A DNA stretch of 64,000 nucleotides from Lingula anatina (GCA_051362555.1 JBPQGU010000013.1:534556-598555), one strand, 5' to 3'. Positions 13,801 to 27,030 are shown, numbered from the stretch's first letter. The notes: generated by a model not told the origin, from the letters alone. Translations and numbers: made by a program.

Positions 13801-16800
13801 TGGATCATCTTTAAAAAGCTAGAATTGGGGGCCTTGATGAAGTGACCCGGGCGCGTTTCCACATTTTTTATGAATGACAGGTGTGGTAGATTGATTTTCG
13901 TCACTTTTTGGAAAAATCGGAGACGGGTCGATTTTTGGTGATTTTGAGTGATTTTGAACAGTGCCGGCACTGTGAGATTTCTTCAATTTTGGCCAGGTAG
14001 GGATGAAATTTTTTTTTCTTCATTATAGTGTCAGGTAGGTGTGTTCGGTCATTTGTAGTAAGAATAAAGTGCTGGAAGAGTGGTGGTGTCAACATTAAGG
14101 AAGAAATAGAGCAAAAACTCTCTCTCCCCCCCTCCCCCCTCTCAGTTTCTGTTCTCAGAGCTTATTTTTGGATCATCTTTAAAGCTAGAATTGGGGGCCT
14201 TGATGAAGTGACCCGGGCGCGTTTCCACATTTTTTATGAATGACAGGTGTGGTAGATTGATTTTCGTCACTTTTTGGAAAAATCTGAGACGGGTCGATTT
14301 TTGGTGATTTTGAGTGATTTTGAACAGTGCCGGCACTGTGAAATTTCTTCAATTTTGGCCAGGTAGGGATGAAAATTTTTTTTCTTCATTATAGTGTCAG
14401 GTAGGTGTGTTCGGTCATTTGTAGTAAGAATAAAGTGCTGGAAGAGTGGTGGTGTCAACATTAAGGAAAAAAAAGAGCAAAAACTCTCTCTCCCCCCCCC
14501 CTCTCAGATTCTGTTCTCAGAGCTTATTTTTGGATCATCTTTAAAAAGCTAGAATTGGGGGCCTTGATGAAGTGACCCGGGCGCGTTTCCACATTTTTTA
14601 TGAATGACAGGTGTGGTAGATTGATTTTCGTCACTTTTTGGAAAAATCGGAGACGGGTCGATTTTTGGTGATTTTGAGTGATTTTGAACAGTGCCGGCAC
14701 TGTGAGATTTCTTCAATTTTGGCCAGGTAGGGATGAAAATTTTTTTTCTTCATTATAGTGTCAGGTAGGTGTGTTCGGTCATTTGTAGTAAGAATAAAGT
14801 GCTGGAAGAGTGGTGGTGTCAACATTAAGGAAGAAATAGAGCAAAAACTCTCTCTCCCCCCCTCCCCCCTCTCAGATTCTGTTCTCAGAGCTTATTTTTG
14901 GATCATCTTTAAAGCTAGAATTGGGGGCCTTGATGAAGTGACCCGGGCGCGTTTCCACATTTTTTATGAATGACAGGTGTGGTAGATTGATTTTCGTCAC
15001 TTTTTGGAAAAATCGGAGACGGGTCGATTTTTGGTGATTTTGAGTGATTTTGAACAGTGCCGGCACTGTGAGATTTCTTCAATTTTGGCCAGGTAGGGAT
15101 GAAAATTTTTTTTCTTCATTATAGTGTCAGGTAGGTGTGTTCGGTCATTTGTAGTAAGAATAAAGTGCTGGAAGAGTGGTGGTGTCAACATTAAGGAAGA
15201 AATAGAGCAAAAACTCTCTCTCCCCCCCTCCCCCCTCTCAGATTCTGTTCTCAGAGCTTATTTTTGGATCATCTTTAAAGCTAGAATTGGGGGCCTTGAT
15301 GAAGTGACCCGGGCGCGTTTCCACATTTTTTATGAATGACAGGTGTGGTAGATTGATTTTCGTCACTTTTTGGAAAAATCGGAGACGGGTCGATTTTTGG
15401 TGATTTTGAGTGATTTTGAACAGTGCCGGCACTGTGAAATTTCTTCAATTTTGGCCAGGTAGGGATGAAAATTTTTTTTCTTCATTATAGTGTCAGGTAG
15501 GTGTGTTCGGTCATTTGTAGTAAGAATAAAGTGCTGGAAGAGTGGTGGTGTCAACATTAAGGAAGAAATAGAGCAAAAACTCTCTCTCCCCCCCTCCTCT
15601 CAGATTCTGTTCTCAGAGCTTATTTTTGGATCATCTTTAAAGCTAGAATTGGGGGCCTTGATGAAGTGACCCGGGCGCGTTTCCACATTTTTTATGAATG
15701 ACAGGTGTGGTAGATTGATTTTCGTCACTTTTTGGAAAAATCGGAGATGGGTCGATTTTTGGTGATTTTGAGTGATTTTGAACAGTGCCGGCACTGTGAG
15801 ATTTCTTCAATTTTGGCCAGGTAGGGATGAAAATTTTTTTTCTTCATTATAGTGTCAGGTAGGTGTGTTCGGTCATTTGTAGTAAGAATAAAGTGCTGGA
15901 AGAGTGGTGGTGTCAACATTAAGGAAGAAATAGAGCAAAAACTCTCTCTCCCCCCCCCCCCTCTCAGATTCTGTTCTCAGAGCTTATTTTTGGATCATCT
16001 TTAAAGCTAGAATTGGGGGCCTTGATGAAGTGACCCGGGCGCGTTTCCACATTTTTTATGAATGACAGGTGTGGTAGATTGATTTTCGTCACTTTTTGGA
16101 AAAATCGGAGACGGGTCGATTTTTGGTGATTTTGAGTGATTTTGAACAGTGCCGGCACTGTGAGATTTCTTCAATTTTGGCCAGGTAGGGATGAAAATTT
16201 TTTTTCTTCATTATAGTGTCAGGTAGGTGTGTTCGGTCATTTGTAGTAAGAATAAAGTGCTGGAAGAGTGGTGGTGTCAACATTAAGGAAGAAATAGAGC
16301 AAAAAACTCTCTCTCCCCCCCTCCCCCCTCTCAGATTCTGTTCTCAGAGCTTATTTTTGGATCATCTTTAAAGCTAGAATTGGGGGCCTTGATGAAGTGA
16401 CCCGGGCGCGTTTCCACATTTTTTATGAATGACAGGTGTGGTAGATTGATTTTCGTCACTTTTTGGAAGAATCGGAGAAGGGTCGATTTTTGGTGATTTT
16501 GAGTGATTTTGAACAGTGCCGGCACTGTGTGATTTCTTCAATTTTGGCCAGGTAGGGATGAAAATTTTTTTTCTTCATTATAGTGTCAGGTAGGTGTGTT
16601 CGGTCATTTGTAGTAAGAATAAAGTGCTGGAAGAGTGGTGGTGTCAACATTAAGGAAGAAATAGAGCAAAAACTCTCTCTCCCCCCCTCCCCCCTCTCAG
16701 ATTCTGTTCTCAGAGCTTATTTTTGGATCATCTTTAAAGCTAGAATTGGGGGCCTTGATGAAGTGACCCAGGCGCGTTTCCACATTTTTTATGAATGACA

Positions 16801-19800
16801 GGTGTGGTAGATTGATTTTCGTCACTTTTTGGAAAAATCGGAGACGGGTCGATTTTTGGTGATTTTGAGTGATTTTGAACAGTGCCGGCACTGTGAGATT
16901 TCTTCAATTTTGGCCAGGTAGGGATGAAAATTTTTTTTTTTCATTATAGTGTCAGGTAGGTGTGTTCGGTCATTTGTAGTAAGAATAAAGTGCTGGAAGA
17001 GTGGTGGTGTCAACATCAAGGAAGAAATAGAGCAAAAACTCTCTCTCCCCCCCCCCCTCTCAGATTCTGTTCTCAGAGCTTATTTTTGGATCATCTTTAA
17101 AGCTAGAATTGGGGGCCTTGATGAAGTGACCCGGGCGCGTTTCCACATTTTTTATGAATGACAGGTGTGGTAGATTGATTTTCGTCACTTTTTGGAAAAA
17201 TCGGAGACGGGTCGATTTTTGGTGATTTTGAGTGATTTTGAACAGTGCCGGCACTGTGAGATTTCTTCAATTTTGGCCAGGTAGGGATGAAAATTTTTTT
17301 TCTTCATTATAGTGTCAGGTAGGTGTGTTCGGTCATTTGTAGTAAGAATAAAGTGCTGGAAGAGTGGTGGTGTCAACATTAAGGAAGAAATAGAGCAAAA
17401 ACTCTCTCTCCCCCCCCCCCTCTCAGATTCTGTTCTCAGAGCTTATTTTTGGATCATCTTTAAAGCTAGAATTGGGGGCCTTGATGAAGTGACCCGGGCG
17501 CGTTTCCACATTTTTTATGAATGACAGGTGTGGTAGGTTGATTTTCGTCACTTTTTGGAAAAATCGGAGACGGGTCGATTTTTGGTGATTTTGAGTGATT
17601 TTGAACAGTGCCGGCACTGTGAGATTTCTTCAATTTTGGCCAGGTAGGGATGAAAAATTTTTTTCTTCATTATAGTGTCAGGTAGGTGTGTTCGGTCATT
17701 TGTAGTAAGAATAAAGTGCTGGAAGAGTGGTGGTGTCAACATTAAGGAAGAAATAGAGCAAAAACTCTCTCTCTCCCCCCCCCCTCTCAGATTCTGTTCT
17801 CAGAGCTTATTTTTGGATCATCTTTAAAGCTAGAATTGGGGGCCTTAATGAAGTGACCCGGGCGCGTTTCCACATTTTTTATGAATGACAGGTGTGGTAG
17901 GTTGATTTTCGTCACTTTTTGGAAAAATCGGAGACGGGTCGATTTTTGGTGATTTTGAGTGATTTTGAACAGTGCCAGCACTGTGAGATTTCTTTAATTT
18001 TGGCCAGGTAGGGATGAAAATTTTTTTTCTTCATTATAGTGTCAGGTAATTGTGTTCGGTCATTTGTAGTAAGAATAAAGTGCTGGAAGAGTGGTGGTGT
18101 CAACATTAAGGAAGAAATAAAGCAAAAACTCTCTCTCCCCCCCCCCTCAGATTCTGTTCTCAGAGCTTATTTTTGGATCATCTTTAAAGCTAGAATTGGG
18201 GGCCTTGATGTAGTGACCCGGGCGCGTTTCCACATTTTTTATGAATGACAGGTGTGGTAGATTGATTTTCCTCACTTTTTGGAAAAATCGGAGACGGGTC
18301 GATTTTTGGGTGATTTTGAGTGATTTTGAACAGTGCCGGCACTGTGAGATTTCTTCAATTTTGGCCAGGTAGGGATGTAAATTTTTTTTCTTCATTATAG
18401 TGTCAGGTAGGTGTGTTCAGTCATTTGTAGTAAGAATAAAGTGCTGGAAGAGTGGTGGTGTCAACATTAAGGAAGAAATAGAGCAAAAACTCTGTCTCTC
18501 CCCCCCCTCTCAGATTCTGTTCTCAGAGCTTATTTTTGGATCATCTTTAAAGCTAGAATTGGGGGCCTTGATGTAGTGACCCGGGCGCGTTTCCACATTT
18601 TTTATGAATGACAGGTGTGGTAGATTGATTTTCGTCACTTTTTGGAAAAATCGGAGACGGGTCGATTTTTGGTGATTTTGAGTGATTTTGAACAGTGCCG
18701 GCACTGTGAGATTTCTTCACTTTTGGCCAGGTAGGGATGAAAATTTTTTTTCTTCATTATAGTGTCAGGTAGGTGTGTTCGGTCATTTGTAGTAAGAATA
18801 AAGTGCTGGAAGAGTGGTGGTGTCAATATTAAGGAAGAAATAGAGCAAGAACAAGTCCTACCTGGAACAATAGAGCAAGTTTCCACATTTTTTATGAATG
18901 ACAGGTGTGGTAGATTGATTTTCGTCACTTTTTGGAAAAATCGGAGACGGGTCGATTTTTGGTGATTTTGAGTGATTTTGAACAGTGCCGGCACTGTGAG
19001 ATTTCTTCAATTGGTAGGGATGAAAAATTTTTTTCTTCATTATAGTGTCAGGTAGGTGTGTTCGGTCATTTGTAGTAAGAATAAAGTGCTGGAAGAGTGG
19101 TGGTGTCAACATTAAGGAAGACATAGAACAAAAACTCTGTCTCCCCCCATCTCCGATTCTGATCTCGGAGCTTATTTCTGGATCATCTTTAAAGCTAGAA
19201 TTGGGGGCCTTGATGAAGTGACCCGGGCGTATTTCCACATTTTTTATTAATGATAGGTGTGATAGATTGATTTTCATGACATTTTTTTTTATTTTGAGTG
19301 ATTTTCATAAGTGCCAGCCATGTGAGATTTCTTCAATTTTGGCCAGGTAGGAATGAAAATGTTTTTTTCATTATAGTGTCAGGTTGGTGTGTTTGGTCAT
19401 TTGTAGTAAGCATAAAATGCTTGAAGAGTGGTGGTGTCAACATTATTGAAGAAATAAAGCAAAAACTATGTATACAGATTCCTGCTATATTATTATTTTA
19501 TCTTTAATTTATCGAATTTTATGATGCCTTTCCTATATACATAGTCCTTTTTTAAAATAATTACCGTATCAGATTTTTAAAACCTAGAACAAAAGTTTTC
19601 AGTTTGTCTGTCTTTTTTATTCCAACAATTTCAGCAGCCATTACTGTTCCCGAGACACCTTGCCTGTGCTATCAAACGAATCCTGTTACTTACAGCACAG
19701 GAGCACCAAAGAGTTTGAAGAGTGCTTTACAAGTCATCAGTCAAATTAAGCAGAAATGGTCTTAGCTTTGCAAACCGGTGTCAAAGGGTCAAATCAAGTA

Positions 19801-20870
19801 TTCCAAGCCTTCCAAGGACTAGTATGATGTAAGTCAGTATGGACAATATATTAAAGGTCCAAAAGCATCAAAGTCTTTAAGGTACTCGCCCCACGCCGCA
19901 GCATGTCATCGAAGAAATGACCCCTTGATGATAGGGATATGGATTGCAAGTGTTCTGGAGGCTCCAAGACAACTGTCTATAGCAGGTTCTGGTACTTGCA
20001 TAGTGGGTCTTCAAACCCTTGGTATAGAAAGTACAAACCAGCAGCTTAATCTGGAAGTTAAAAAGAAAAAACAGCCATAAGTCCATGCATTAAAATCATG
20101 TTGAAATCTCTTTTTGGAAATTAGAAAAACGACTATTGCAATTATTAGAGAAGGCTTAATTAACTTTGAGTGTGCATTTTTTATGAACTGATACTTCCTT
20201 GTGAACAAAAACTCTGAAAAGATTTCAACATTTTGTATTTTTGGCAATAATGAGAAATGAATGAACATTCATTGATTAATTATTATCATTATTTATTTAT
20301 TTATTTATTTTTTTGCTATTTCCACTTGAGGGTGCTTACGCAAATTTGGCAGATTTCCCAAGTTTTGGGTTAAAAGCACAATGTTGTTATTTTGGGTCTT
20401 TATGAGGTAATGTGATTTTGTCAGCATATTAGTTAAATGAACAACTTTGTCTGGATGCCCCACTCCTGCCTCAAATGAGATTTTAAAAGCAAACATCAAT
20501 ATCTATAAAGACAAGTTTTAATGCTTATTTTTGAACACATTTCACATAAATCACATTTCACATGATGATCTGGGCTGATTTTGTCAAAGTTAAAGAAACC
20601 CCATTTTGAACACTGATGACAATTTAAGTAAAACCATGTTACTCATGGATCTCAATCTTACAGAAAAGGTAAATTGGACTGAAATACAGCTTGAGTTAGA
20701 AAACTGAACTGTTTGCATTCTTTTTCTGAGAGTTATTTATTTATTTAATTATCATTATTATTATTATTATTTATTATTATTATTTTCAAAATAATTTTTT
20801 TTTCACATATTAGCATTTTCTTCGTGAGACTTGGAACTCCCACGGGATGAAATTCCAGCTCCCACTCTCA

Positions 20871-21103
20871 AGCCCCTGGGGAGCTTTTTGAAATAATATA
20901 AAGATGAAATTTGGGTTTTTTAAAATAATTAAAATAATGATGTCAGGAAGGCGTGTTTTGTTTTTTCTAGCCATCCACAGGTAAATTTTTTTTTTCAATA
21001 TTTCTTGTGAATTAAAAAAATATTTTTCCATCCCCCTCCCCAACCTCAAACCCCTGAGGAGCTTTTTGAAGTACTATAAAGATGCAATTTGGGGATTTAA
21101 TGA
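20871..21103. repeat. Diverged ~50-bp direct repeat pair, ~180 bp apart
   Basis: cccctggggagctttttgaaataatataaagatgaaatttggg (~20873) versus cccctgaggagctttttgaagtactataaagatgcaatttggg (~21051). Confidence 0.75.
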
Positions 21104-21785
21104 TGAGATGTTGATATGTTTAGACAATTATTGTGAATGATCCCTTTCCGTCTCAGCACTGATACTCCTCCGCACCATTACTCCCTCGCACCGATAGGCC
21201 TATACTACCCCTTACACTCCATCGACCTCACCCGCATCTTAAAGCTCCTGCAACGATACTCTCTCACAGCCTTTGCAATTGGTTAAAACTGCTACCAACA
21301 AAACACAATGATTGATCTAAAAACTCTCGAAATACTATTTTTCCGAAAGTGCACCACCCTCTTGGGACCCAAAAGTGACACATTTCATTAGAAATATTGT
21401 GGAAAAATAAGGGAATTACTAAAGTTGGTCTGCTTAGTAACAAAGTACATAGTCGATCTAATATGTATGCAGCTCGGCTTTGTGATTATTAAGAAATATC
21501 TGTATACTTCACTTCGTTCTTCAACAGTGGTTACTGTATACAATATGTGCATCTTCTTCTTGATTTGTTAATTAATTATTTTACTAAAAGTATCTTTTTA
21601 ACAGAAGATAGCAAAGACGACATAATCTTTTCTTCAGGGGCCACTCTATTCGTAAAAGAAATTGAAACAACAACAACAACAAAAAAAAAAAAACATTGTT
21701 TAAGCGAGAAATTGCCGCCTTTGTCCTCCTGGAAATGTGAGATTCTACAATTTAAGCTGTCCTTGGGCGATTGTAGGAACCACTG

Positions 21786-21953
21786 CAGGGGCGGATCCAG
21801 AGCTATATACTGACAGTCTTCCAAATTATCTTTGTTGATTCATCCTCCAATTTTGACCGTCTTCCAACATTAAAAATTGGATACCCGTCAATGTAAACTT
21901 GAAAATCTGACCGTCTTCTGGAAGACCCAGAAGACGGCCTAAATCCGCCCCTG
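21786..21953. mobile_element. MITE with CAGGGGCGGAT TIRs and 5-bp TSD
   Basis: caggggcggatccag…ctaaatccgcccctg, flanked by CACTG on both sides (21781-21785, 21954-21958). Confidence 0.85.
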
Positions 21954-22150
21954 CACTGAACACCTACAGTATAATGCGCTTAAATTACTGTTTTTTCTTT
22001 ACGGTTCTGTTTGTAATAGAAATCTAGGACAGAAAAAATTACAAGTTGAATGTAACATCATAAATCCTTAAAAATAGATAACAAATCCGATTGTGTTTAT
22101 TTCCAGTATGCAGCAAGATCGTTATTAAGAAATCAATAACGAACAGCTCT

Positions 22151-22180
22151 CAGGGGCGAATCCAGGATTTCGAAGACTAG
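22151..22180. mobile_element. Isolated left end of a CAGGGGCGGA-type MITE
   Basis: caggggcgaatccaggattt; no matching right end seen nearby. Confidence 0.55.
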
Positions 22181-23646
22181 GTGGTTAGTTTTTATTGACC
22201 CCGCTTCTACGTGGACGGAACGGTTCATTTTTAACATTGAATAAATTAATTGAATTAATATTCATTAAAATTAAATCAAATAAAATAACGATGCATGATG
22301 ATTAGTAATGCAAGATTTATGCCGCAAAGTCGCTTGTCAGACTACATCTAAGATGATCTCACGACATACTTGGGTATGGCTGTTTAGATGTAGGGGGTAG
22401 AGGCACTATTTGAAGGCAGCTGAAGGAAAAATCGAAAGGAGTTCGATGGCATTTAGCATTACATGGTCCATTTCTCAGTAAAGAATACTAAATAAAGAAA
22501 TTATACATACTTCAGGATGGCTCACTGCGGTTTTCGTCCACACATAGGCAACCAGTAATTCGGACTCTACTAGCGATAATGTAAACACACCTTGAATGCC
22601 CATTTATGTATTTGCTTTTCTAGTTAAACTTAGCAATGTGTATTAATTTTGTTCGAAAAAAAAAAGCATTCCACTGTAATTTGCGACCGCGTCCATGTGC
22701 ACCAATGCAGGCCTATTCTATTTATGGAGATGGTCACATAATCAGCAAAACGGAAACTTAACTGGTACATGTACAAGTTTCGAAATAAAATGTTTGTCAA
22801 ACCTTTATAATATCTAGAGCTTTTGTTGTTTGAAACATGTTTAACTAAAATGTAAGAAAAACGAAAAAAGTAAGCAGCAAGCTGGTAGGCAGTAAGTGAA
22901 AGCCTGGTCTGAACACTGAATTTCTAGGTAAGCATGTATTTTTCACACCCCCTAATTTCATTTCCACAACGATCCGTGAATGAGGTTAAAAAGCAATAAC
23001 ATACTTGTGTGACAGGACAAAATGCTTTGTTTATTACGCCACTTTATCTTGTCAAATGAAGCATGAATTTGAAAAACCATGAAAACTAGAGGATCAGAGA
23101 GGTGATACCGCCTGAGGGTATTGTACCACCAGCTGGAGTAAGCTCATTCGTATAGAAAAGTGAAAAAAGGGACACCACCTCCAGTGTTGTGCTGGACAAG
23201 CTCTACATGCAGTAAGCAAAAGTTCTAAATAGTTTTGTTGAAAATTACCATTTAAAACAAAATCATGAGGAAAAGTAAAAGTTTAAATTCAAATTTGTGA
23301 AGTGCAGTTCATGGCAAAAAGTAGGTCAAAACTCAATTTCAAGAACACAGATTGTCAGCATATGACTGCCTATTCAAGTTCAATAGTGATTATGGGCATA
23401 TCTCTGCTAGTTTTGGAGATAGAAAAGTTGCAAAGTTGCGCGGCTCATTATAAAATCGCCACCTTTTAAAATTTCCAGTTGTACTAAGTGCACGTGGTTT
23501 GCAGATTAATTTTAGCCATTAAGAGCGTTAGATTGAAACCTTTTGCCGCTACAAATACAACAACTTGATTGTTATCTTACGCGATTATCAAAAACAGACA
23601 ATAGCAAGAATCACTTACCTGCTGTAGGTTACAAGGGCGACCAACC

Positions 23647-23871
23647 CAGGGGCGGGACCAGGATTATTTGAAGGGGGGTCCACGGATGCAAAACCGACCC
23701 TTATCTTAGAGGGCGAACGGTGCTATTTGGTACTTTTTAGAACTACATGTATGATTCGGCTAGAGAAAATACTTATTTCATAAGGGGACCATCGGTGTGA
23801 TTATTTTTAGAAACTGAAGGGGAGGAGGTCAGGACCCCCTGACCCCCCCCCCCCCTCCCAATCCGCCACTG
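23647..23871. mobile_element. MITE, CAGGGGCGG-type
   Basis: caggggcgggaccaggatt…ggtcaggaccccctgacccc…atccgccactg; flanks caacc / caact (4/5 match, decayed 5-bp TSD). Confidence 0.75.
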
Positions 23872-24204
23872 CAACTACCAATGGACCTCGGTGGACACAG
23901 GTTAATTACATATCTGGCATTTGTGTCATAGGTTGTGCATTTAAGCTTTAAACTTAAGTTTTATAAATATTAAAGTACCTACCCTTTAACGCGAAGTAAG
24001 AATCACGGTCAGCCACCTTTGTTTATGAGACAGTAATCAGTGTTACGCCGACGACCATCACCTGATCTATTGAATTAAACGAGTGGAGTAGTAACGAACC
24101 CTTGGAACGAATTTGAGAAATAAGCAAACCTGACTTTATCGAGTGTAGGGGAGTTCGATTTTCTAAAAAAAAAAAAAAATGTACATTATATTTATAAAAA
24201 TTCA

Positions 24205-24254
24205 GTCGGGGTCAAAACTCCCCCCCCCCCCCGCCCCTCCTAAATCCACCACTG
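24205..24254. mobile_element. Right-end remnant of a CAGGGGCGGA-type MITE
   Basis: ggggtc…poly-C…cctaaatccaccactg resembles the right ends at 21953 and 23871. Confidence 0.5.
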
Positions 24255-24485
24255 GCACAAATCTTTTGTCCTGTACCATCTAAACTGCGTCACGTACAGC
24301 TCGATGTAGCGAGTCAATATAAATATAATTTCAATCGGTTGACGAGAGGAATTAAAGTGAAATTAATTTCTCTCTGGTTATGACACGCCAGAAGAGGGCG
24401 GGATTGGTGTAGGGGAGTTTTCGTGTCATTTAGGCGATTGACACGGTACTGTTAACACGCTTATGATTACGACTCCGTAGACGAC

Positions 24486-24903
24486 ATGGTTGATGAGTCC
24501 AGTGGAAGCGAACACTTTACCTTGGCTGATGTAATGAAAAAAATGGAAAGTAAAAAGAAAGAGACGAAAGACTATTTCGACCATAGACTGTCTACTTTTA
24601 ATGCCGAAGCCGGTAAAACCTGAAAGTCGACAATATTTATCTTGGAAAATAGAAGGTAATCACCAGCAATTTGACTCAACAGTATTTGAAAATAAGATTA
24701 TTGTGGTGAACAAACTGACAGTGCCTTACAGTCTTGGCAAGAGAAACAAACTTATCAGAATTGCTGACACTTTCGACACTGTTAAGGAACATACTGTTAA
24801 TCCTCTTGCTTGTGATTCTGAGAGCGAGAGAGCTACAAAGAAAATAAAAGAAAACAAAAAGGGAGCCAAAAAAATAAGGTTATATCAGCAGACCGACCGA
24901 TAG
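24486..24903 (+). pseudogene. DIRS gag-like ORF1 remnant
   Basis: Motifs WKIEGNHQQF and KRNKLIRIADT…TVKEHTVNPLACDSE resemble the gag-like ORF of animal DIRS elements and lie directly upstream of the RT. Confidence 0.65.
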
Positions 24904-25179
24904 GTGTGGTGGGCGATACTTCTCAGCGGAGAAGTCTTTATCGCAGCAGCGGGTCGTGACTTTGCTTAGCTTGTTGAGGAAAGGGCCATTTCATGCTTGA
25001 GTGACCAACTTACAGAGGGGAAAGTTATTCTACCAGAGTCCAACCCCAGAGATAAAGGAACATCTGGAATGGGATAGAAGGCGGAAGCATTGAAAAATAG
25101 ATAAGTACCCGGTACATGTATGAGTGCGTTAGTTTCAATCAAGAGTTGCATAATTATGAACATGAGCAAAATCAGAAAT

Positions 25180-26680
25180 TCATACCCGTGAAAAGTAGGT
25201 TAAGAACCAATTTAAGTTTTTGGGAAGAAGTAGGGTATTCATTTTTTATTCTAGACTTGATAAAAATGGTTATAAATTTCCGTTTATAGCAACACCCTGT
25301 GGGATGAGGAAAGATAACAGCTTTCACCATTGAAAAATAAGTTTTTTGTTAAAAAGCTATTCTTGAATTGAAAAAGATGCGTTTGATTAAAAGGTGTAGC
25401 AAACAACCAATTGTTGATAACCCTTAAACAGAAGCAGTGCATAGCAGTGAAAAAAATAGATTGATTTTAGATGTACGAGAAGTAAACAAACATGTCTGTA
25501 AGCAGTCTGGTAGTTACGGACATTTGAGAACGGCTCTTATGTTTATGAAACTGTGTGGTTGGTTGATTAAATTTGATTCAGCTAATCAACATCTAGATAT
25601 CTATTATCCTCATACGGATTATTGAGGTTTTTCATGGAAAATTCAAGATCAGCAGATTTATTTTTGATTCTTAGTTCTTCCATTTGGGTTATCATTAGCA
25701 CTTAATATTTTTTTCAAAATTGACTTGGCAATTAATCAAAGAATGGTTCGATGTAATTGGATGACGGTCTGTGGTACTGTGGTAACATAGATAGATTGGA
25801 GCATCAGGGTGCTGAGATCAAAGATGATATTGCTAAGTCAGGTTTTATGTAAATATATGAGAATACTATTTGGTCGTAGGTACAGAGTCTGGCATTTATA
25901 GGCATCGAAATAGATATTAGTATTGGGGAAATCAAAGTTCTTGATATTAGATTAGCAAGTGCTAAGAGATCTGACATTATATTCGCACGAAAGTGAGCAG
26001 AGGTCTGGCTATGTCGGTCGGATTATACTATGTCTCATGTGTTGGGAAGTGTAACGCAACTAATGACAAATTATATTAGCATGGTTATTTCAAGTGCTTT
26101 TTCTTAGAATCAGAAAATGTGTGTGAAAGCATGCAGTCAAATTAGACCTTGGTGTAGTAAATCAGAATTTTACAGTTTTCACCTCAGTGCAATAAGGTAG
26201 TTTATTCTGATGCTAGTAGTACTGGGTTTGGAGGATATTGTGTGGAGACACCTAAAAGGGTGTGTTGCGGGGAATGGTCAGCTGACGAAGCGACGGAGAG
26301 CTCTACTTACAGAGATCTGATAGCTGTTTTCAGGGTCCTGTTCTCCATGGCAAACACGTTGAGTGTTTTGAGATTGAAGTGGTTTTCTGATAGCAAAGAT
26401 GTTGTAAACATTAAAGAAAAAAGTAGCATGAGGAGTAAATTACAACCTATTATTTTTGATGTTTTTCTTCTAATGGAGTTATTCAATAGAAATGAAAGGA
26501 TACTGAGAGAAGAGAATACCCATGCAGATTATATAAGTAGACGTGTGGATGTTGACAAATGGGGTATTTCTAAAGAATTATTCTCACATTTTGATAAGAT
26601 ATGGGGTCCTCATGAAGTGGATTGGTTAACGTCCTGCTACAATGCTAAAGTACATATTTTACTCTAGATTTTAGAATCCA
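25180..26680 (+). pseudogene. DIRS RT / RNase H / methyltransferase-like remnant
   Basis: RLRTNLSFWEE, NGYKFPF, RLILDVREVN, FLVLPFGLSLA (~25668), LDDG (~25757), VYSDASSTGFGGY (~26200), SSTYRDLIAV, KWFSDS, REENTHADYISR, WGPHEVD…NAK. Confidence 0.9.
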
Positions 26681-26934
26681 GGAACAGTGAATGGGACACG
26701 CGTCATTTACGGATCTATCCTGGTCCTCAGATCAAATTCAGTCTCTTATTTCTACCAATGAGTTACAACAGACTCCTTGTTTCTATATTGTTTCCGACAG
26801 ACTGTTCTGGTCCTTCACCTGTAAATATCCATCATGACGTAATCAAATGTGGCACCGAAACGTGCCCTTGGCTGACTCTGTTATGGTCTCAAAATTTTTG
26901 AAGCTTTAAGCTTTTAGATGCTACCTAGTTTCTT

Positions 26935-27030
26935 ATTGAAAAGTCGAGATATAGAGGTGGCAATTGGCTTTTGATAAATCGGGTTAAATCGTATTTATGC
27001 CCAGTAAAAGTTCTTGAAAATATTTAGATT
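26935..27030 (+). pseudogene. Tyrosine recombinase fragment
   Basis: YRGGNWLLINRVKSYLCPVKVLEN matches the post-KTD CPV segment of DIRS recombinases. Confidence 0.6.

Larger units (their letters stand above)
1..19468. repeat. Satellite DNA array, subfamily A (~363 bp monomer, ~52 copies, open at window start)
   Basis: The same unit (…gaacagtgccggcactgtgag…ccaggtagggatg…poly-C…cccgggcgcgtttccac…) recurs every ~360-369 bp. Length differences come mainly from the poly-C tract. The last ~1 monomer is degenerate. Confidence 0.99.
24486..27030 (+). mobile_element. Degenerate DIRS-order (tyrosine recombinase) retrotransposon
   Basis: Colinear gag-like, RT, RNase H, methyltransferase-like and YR fragments, with many stops and frameshifts. 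Termini not resolved; the element probably extends to ~24300 and ~27250. Confidence 0.88.

Noticed and set aside
22900-23640. Possible additional non-autonomous element (similar texture at 38300-39030)
   Set aside because: I could not identify paired termini, a TSD or coding motifs.
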